Part shown: positions 61,550-64,000 of the stretch, one piece after another
Position numbering within the stretch: the stretch's first letter is position 1
Layout: each line of letters opens with the position of its first letter
Assembly (NCBI GenBank): GCA_965228735.1
Contig: OZ245838.1
Coordinates: 1,120,001 to 1,184,000, forward strand
DNA from: Planctomycetota bacterium
GTDB taxonomy: Bacteria > Planctomycetota > UBA1135 > UBA2386
Length of the DNA stretch: 64,000 nt
Reading direction: 5' to 3'
Position numbers and translations under genes: made by a program
The notes under the pieces: model-generated
Databases searched by the model: none
Seen by the model: only the letters and a program-made list of their open reading frames with translations
What the model was told of the DNA's origin: nothing

Positions 61550-62950
61550 CTACAGCCGCTTGATCCGAAGATTCCGGAACGCGACCTCGTTGCCGTGGTC
61601 CTGCAGCGCGAGGCGGCCCTTGCCCGACTTGCCGAACGGCCAGTTGCGGAACTTGCTCCTGCCGATCATCTCGTCCCACGCCTCACCCTTGCACGGCGTC
61701 TCGAGGAGCAGCTTGCCGTTGAGCCAGTGCTGCAGCGTGCCGTTGTCGATCACGATGCGGCCGTCGTTCCACGCACCCGCCGGCCGGACAGGCTTCTCGG
61801 CCGCGGACACGAGGTCGTAGAGCGCACCGACCGCGTGCTTGGGATTCAGGTTCGGGTAGCCCGCGTCATCGAGCACCTGATACTCGGGCCCGGTCTTGTA
61901 GGTCTGATCCTCGGTCTCGAGCACGTGCCAGATCACGCCGCTGTTGGCCTTGGGCGCGACGCGGAACGAGAACCGGAAGTCGAAGTCCGCGTACTCCTCG
62001 ACGGTCACGAGGTCGCCGCCGCCGCCTCGTTCTTCGTGCACGATCGCCGCGTCGCGCACGACCCAGCCCTTCTCCGGCAAGCCCTCGGCGCGGTAGGCCC
62101 GCCAGTGTTCGATCGTCTTGCCGTCGAAGAGCAGCTCGAACCCCGCCTTCTGCTCTTGCTGACTCAGCCGGTTCAGCGGCGTCGGCGACAGCGTCACGAC
62201 ACCGGTCGCGGCCCACTCGGTGCCGCGCGCGACGAGCCGCCGCAGCTGCGGGTCCGCCCAGCTCGCGCGCGACGGGATGTTGCCCTTCCACACGTGCCCG
62301 AGCGGCGTGTGGAAGACGCGCCCCTTGCCGTATTCGGACACGAGCACCATCGGTTCGTGCCGGCCCGTGCCGCCCGTCTTGGGGTGACTGTAGGCGCTCA
62401 TGAGGATGCGAAACTCGGCGCCCTCGCCGAGGACGAGCCGGTGATAGAGCTCGTCCGGGTGCATCGTCATGTCGGCCATCCCGAGCGTGATCGGGTGGTG
62501 GTGGTCGATCACGTTCACATCGAACGGGTGAAACCGGCCGTGCCCCGTGCCTTTCCGCCAGAGCAGTCCGACCATGCGCTCGTACTCCCGCCAGCCGTCG
62601 AACGCGTTGTTCGCGGCGTGCAGCACCGCGACGCCGCAGCCGTTCTCCACGGCCTGTAGAAAGCTCTTCTCCGCCGCCTCGGGCCAGCGGTTACGCCGGT
62701 TGTAGTCGAGCACGATCACGTCGACCTCACCGCTGCCGTGGCGTTCGGCCAGGCCGACCAGGTCCGTGTCGGGCTCATGGGTGATCTCGACCTGAAAGCG
62801 CCCGGTCTCAGAGAGCGCGCGGCCGATCTCGGGCGAGGTCCACTGCCAATCGTGGTTGTTGGCGCCGCTCACGACGAGCGCCTTGACGGGCGGCGGCGGG
62901 TCCTGCGGAACCGTGGCGAGGGCGAGAACGGCAGCGGCGACGACGAACAT
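61550..62950 (-). CDS. ThuA-like domain plus DUF1080 (3-keto-disaccharide hydrolase) protein
   Basis: SGANNHDW, DELY, GKGRVFHTPLGH; LFDGKT, NSGV, EYQVLD, LQDHG.EVAFRNLRIK. Confidence 0.85.
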   Translation of the reverse strand: MFVVAAAVLALATVPQDPPPPVKALVVSGANNHDWQWTSPEIGRALSETGRFQVEITHEPDTDLVGLAERHGSGEVDVIVLDYNRRNRWPEAAEKSFLQAVENGCGVAVLHAANNAFDGWREYERMVGLLWRKGTGHGRFHPFDVNVIDHHHPITLGMADMTMHPDELYHRLVLGEGAEFRILMSAYSHPKTGGTGRHEPMVLVSEYGKGRVFHTPLGHVWKGNIPSRASWADPQLRRLVARGTEWAATGVVTLSPTPLNRLSQQEQKAGFELLFDGKTIEHWRAYRAEGLPEKGWVVRDAAIVHEERGGGGDLVTVEEYADFDFRFSFRVAPKANSGVIWHVLETEDQTYKTGPEYQVLDDAGYPNLNPKHAVGALYDLVSAAEKPVRPAGAWNDGRIVIDNGTLQHWLNGKLLLETPCKGEAWDEMIGRSKFRNWPFGKSGKGRLALQDHGNEVAFRNLRIKRL

Positions 62951-62998
62951 CGCGACAACGGTATCGAACGCGGCACCGGCATCGGATAACAAACCCGT

Positions 62999-64000
62999 AT
63001 GCGGTGGGTGTGGTCTCGCGGAGCGTCGCTCTGGTGCGGCGCCGTTCTGTCCGGCATCGTGCTATCCGGTATCGGGACCGACGTTGCCGTCGCGCAAGCG
63101 ATCGAGCCGCCGGCACTCGACGCGAGTGCCGGTCGGACGTGGCAGCCGTCGTCCGGGATCCGCGACGGCATCGCTGCCGCGCAGAAACACGGCGCGATCA
63201 GCGGCGTCTGCGTGATCGACGACCGCGGGCAAATCGTCTACGAGAACCAGGCGGACCGGTTCTTCGCACCGGCGAGCAGCCTCAAGGTACTGACGGCCGC
63301 CGCGATCCTGCGCGGGCTCGGTCCGACCTTCCGATTCGCGACGCGCTTCGAGATCCAGGGTGGTGCGCTCGTCGTGCACGCGAGCGGCGATCCCAACTGG
63401 ATCACGGACTCGGTGCATCGGCCGGAAGTGCGCTTCGGCGAGGTCGTCGCCGAGCTGCAGCGGCGCGGGATCACGCGATTGCGCAGCGTGCACCTCGATC
63501 CCGGCCCGTTCACGGGCCCGGCGCGCCCGTCGACGTGGCCGCAGAACCAGCTCTACGCCTATTACTGCGCGCCGACGGGGCCGTTCGTGCTCGATCAGGC
63601 CGTGTTCTGGCTCGCGATCGATCCGCGCGGGCGGAGCGGCCGACCTGCGGTGCGTTGCGACGGCCCGCTCGTCGGCCCGCCGCTGCAGAACAGGGTGCAG
63701 CTCGTCGGCAAACGCGGCGTGTCGTCGTGCGGCGCGATCGACTACGGCGATCGGCTGCTCGTGCGCGGCAAGTTGTCTCGGGGCGCGGTCGTGACCCGGA
63801 TCCGCACGGCCGTGAAGGATCCGGCGACCTGGTACCGCCGCGCGCTGCTCGACCTGCTCGCGCGCGCCGGCATCACGGTCGGTGGGGCGGGGCCGTTCCC
63901 GCAGGACGGTCACGTGCACACGGTCACGACGACCCTGCCGCCCGCGATCTTGCGCATCCTCGAAGAGTCGTCGAACTTCGACGCCGAGCAGTGCCTGCGC
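62999..64000 (+). CDS. dacB: D-alanyl-D-alanine carboxypeptidase/endopeptidase PBP4 (S13), 3'-truncated by window edge
   Basis: Manual translation (absent from the ORF track): FAPASSLKVLT (SxxK), LGPTFRFAT, SGDPN, LEESSNFDAE (SxN). Confidence 0.88.
   Translation, partial: MRWVWSRGASLWCGAVLSGIVLSGIGTDVAVAQAIEPPALDASAGRTWQPSSGIRDGIAAAQKHGAISGVCVIDDRGQIVYENQADRFFAPASSLKVLTAAAILRGLGPTFRFATRFEIQGGALVVHASGDPNWITDSVHRPEVRFGEVVAELQRRGITRLRSVHLDPGPFTGPARPSTWPQNQLYAYYCAPTGPFVLDQAVFWLAIDPRGRSGRPAVRCDGPLVGPPLQNRVQLVGKRGVSSCGAIDYGDRLLVRGKLSRGAVVTRIRTAVKDPATWYRRALLDLLARAGITVGGAGPFPQDGHVHTVTTTLPPAILRILEESSNFDAEQCLR

Overview
High-GC bacterial chromosomal window. A Planctomycetota-like origin is inferred from the sulfatase, DUF3500, ThuA-DUF1080 and prenyltransferase-repeat genes; this is not proven. 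In order it carries: thrS (partial)-infC-odhA-type 2-oxoglutarate dehydrogenase; a minus-strand operon of an ATP-grasp ligase fused to a degenerate M20 peptidase, two paralogous gamma-glutamyltransferases and an N-formylglutamate amidohydrolase, divergent from a 7TM_transglut-like membrane protein; hydrolases, a DapA-family/KGSA-dehydrogenase pair and a sulfatase; a small accessory patch ending in a 160-bp duplication of the nrdJ 3' end and a long strand-specific G-U hairpin; class II RNR nrdJ with tandem NrdR boxes and a long structured leader; a non-phosphorylative L-fucose-type catabolic operon; CtpA, moaC-asd and accB-accC-pfkA; a GDP-heptose/TPP-enzyme/B12-radical-SAM glycan locus interrupted by gap-arsJ and two paralogous lipoproteins; and lipoproteins, prenyltransferase-repeat proteins, an M50 protease, ThuA-DUF1080 and dacB (partial). 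No rRNA, tRNA, CRISPR array, integrase or transposase was recognised. The best candidates for novel biology are the ATP-grasp/GGT/7TM system (5.7-12.8 kb), the nrdJ 3'-end duplication with its hairpin (20.8-21.4 kb) and the branched-heptose locus (42-56 kb). All family calls come from motif recognition by eye; no database search was run.
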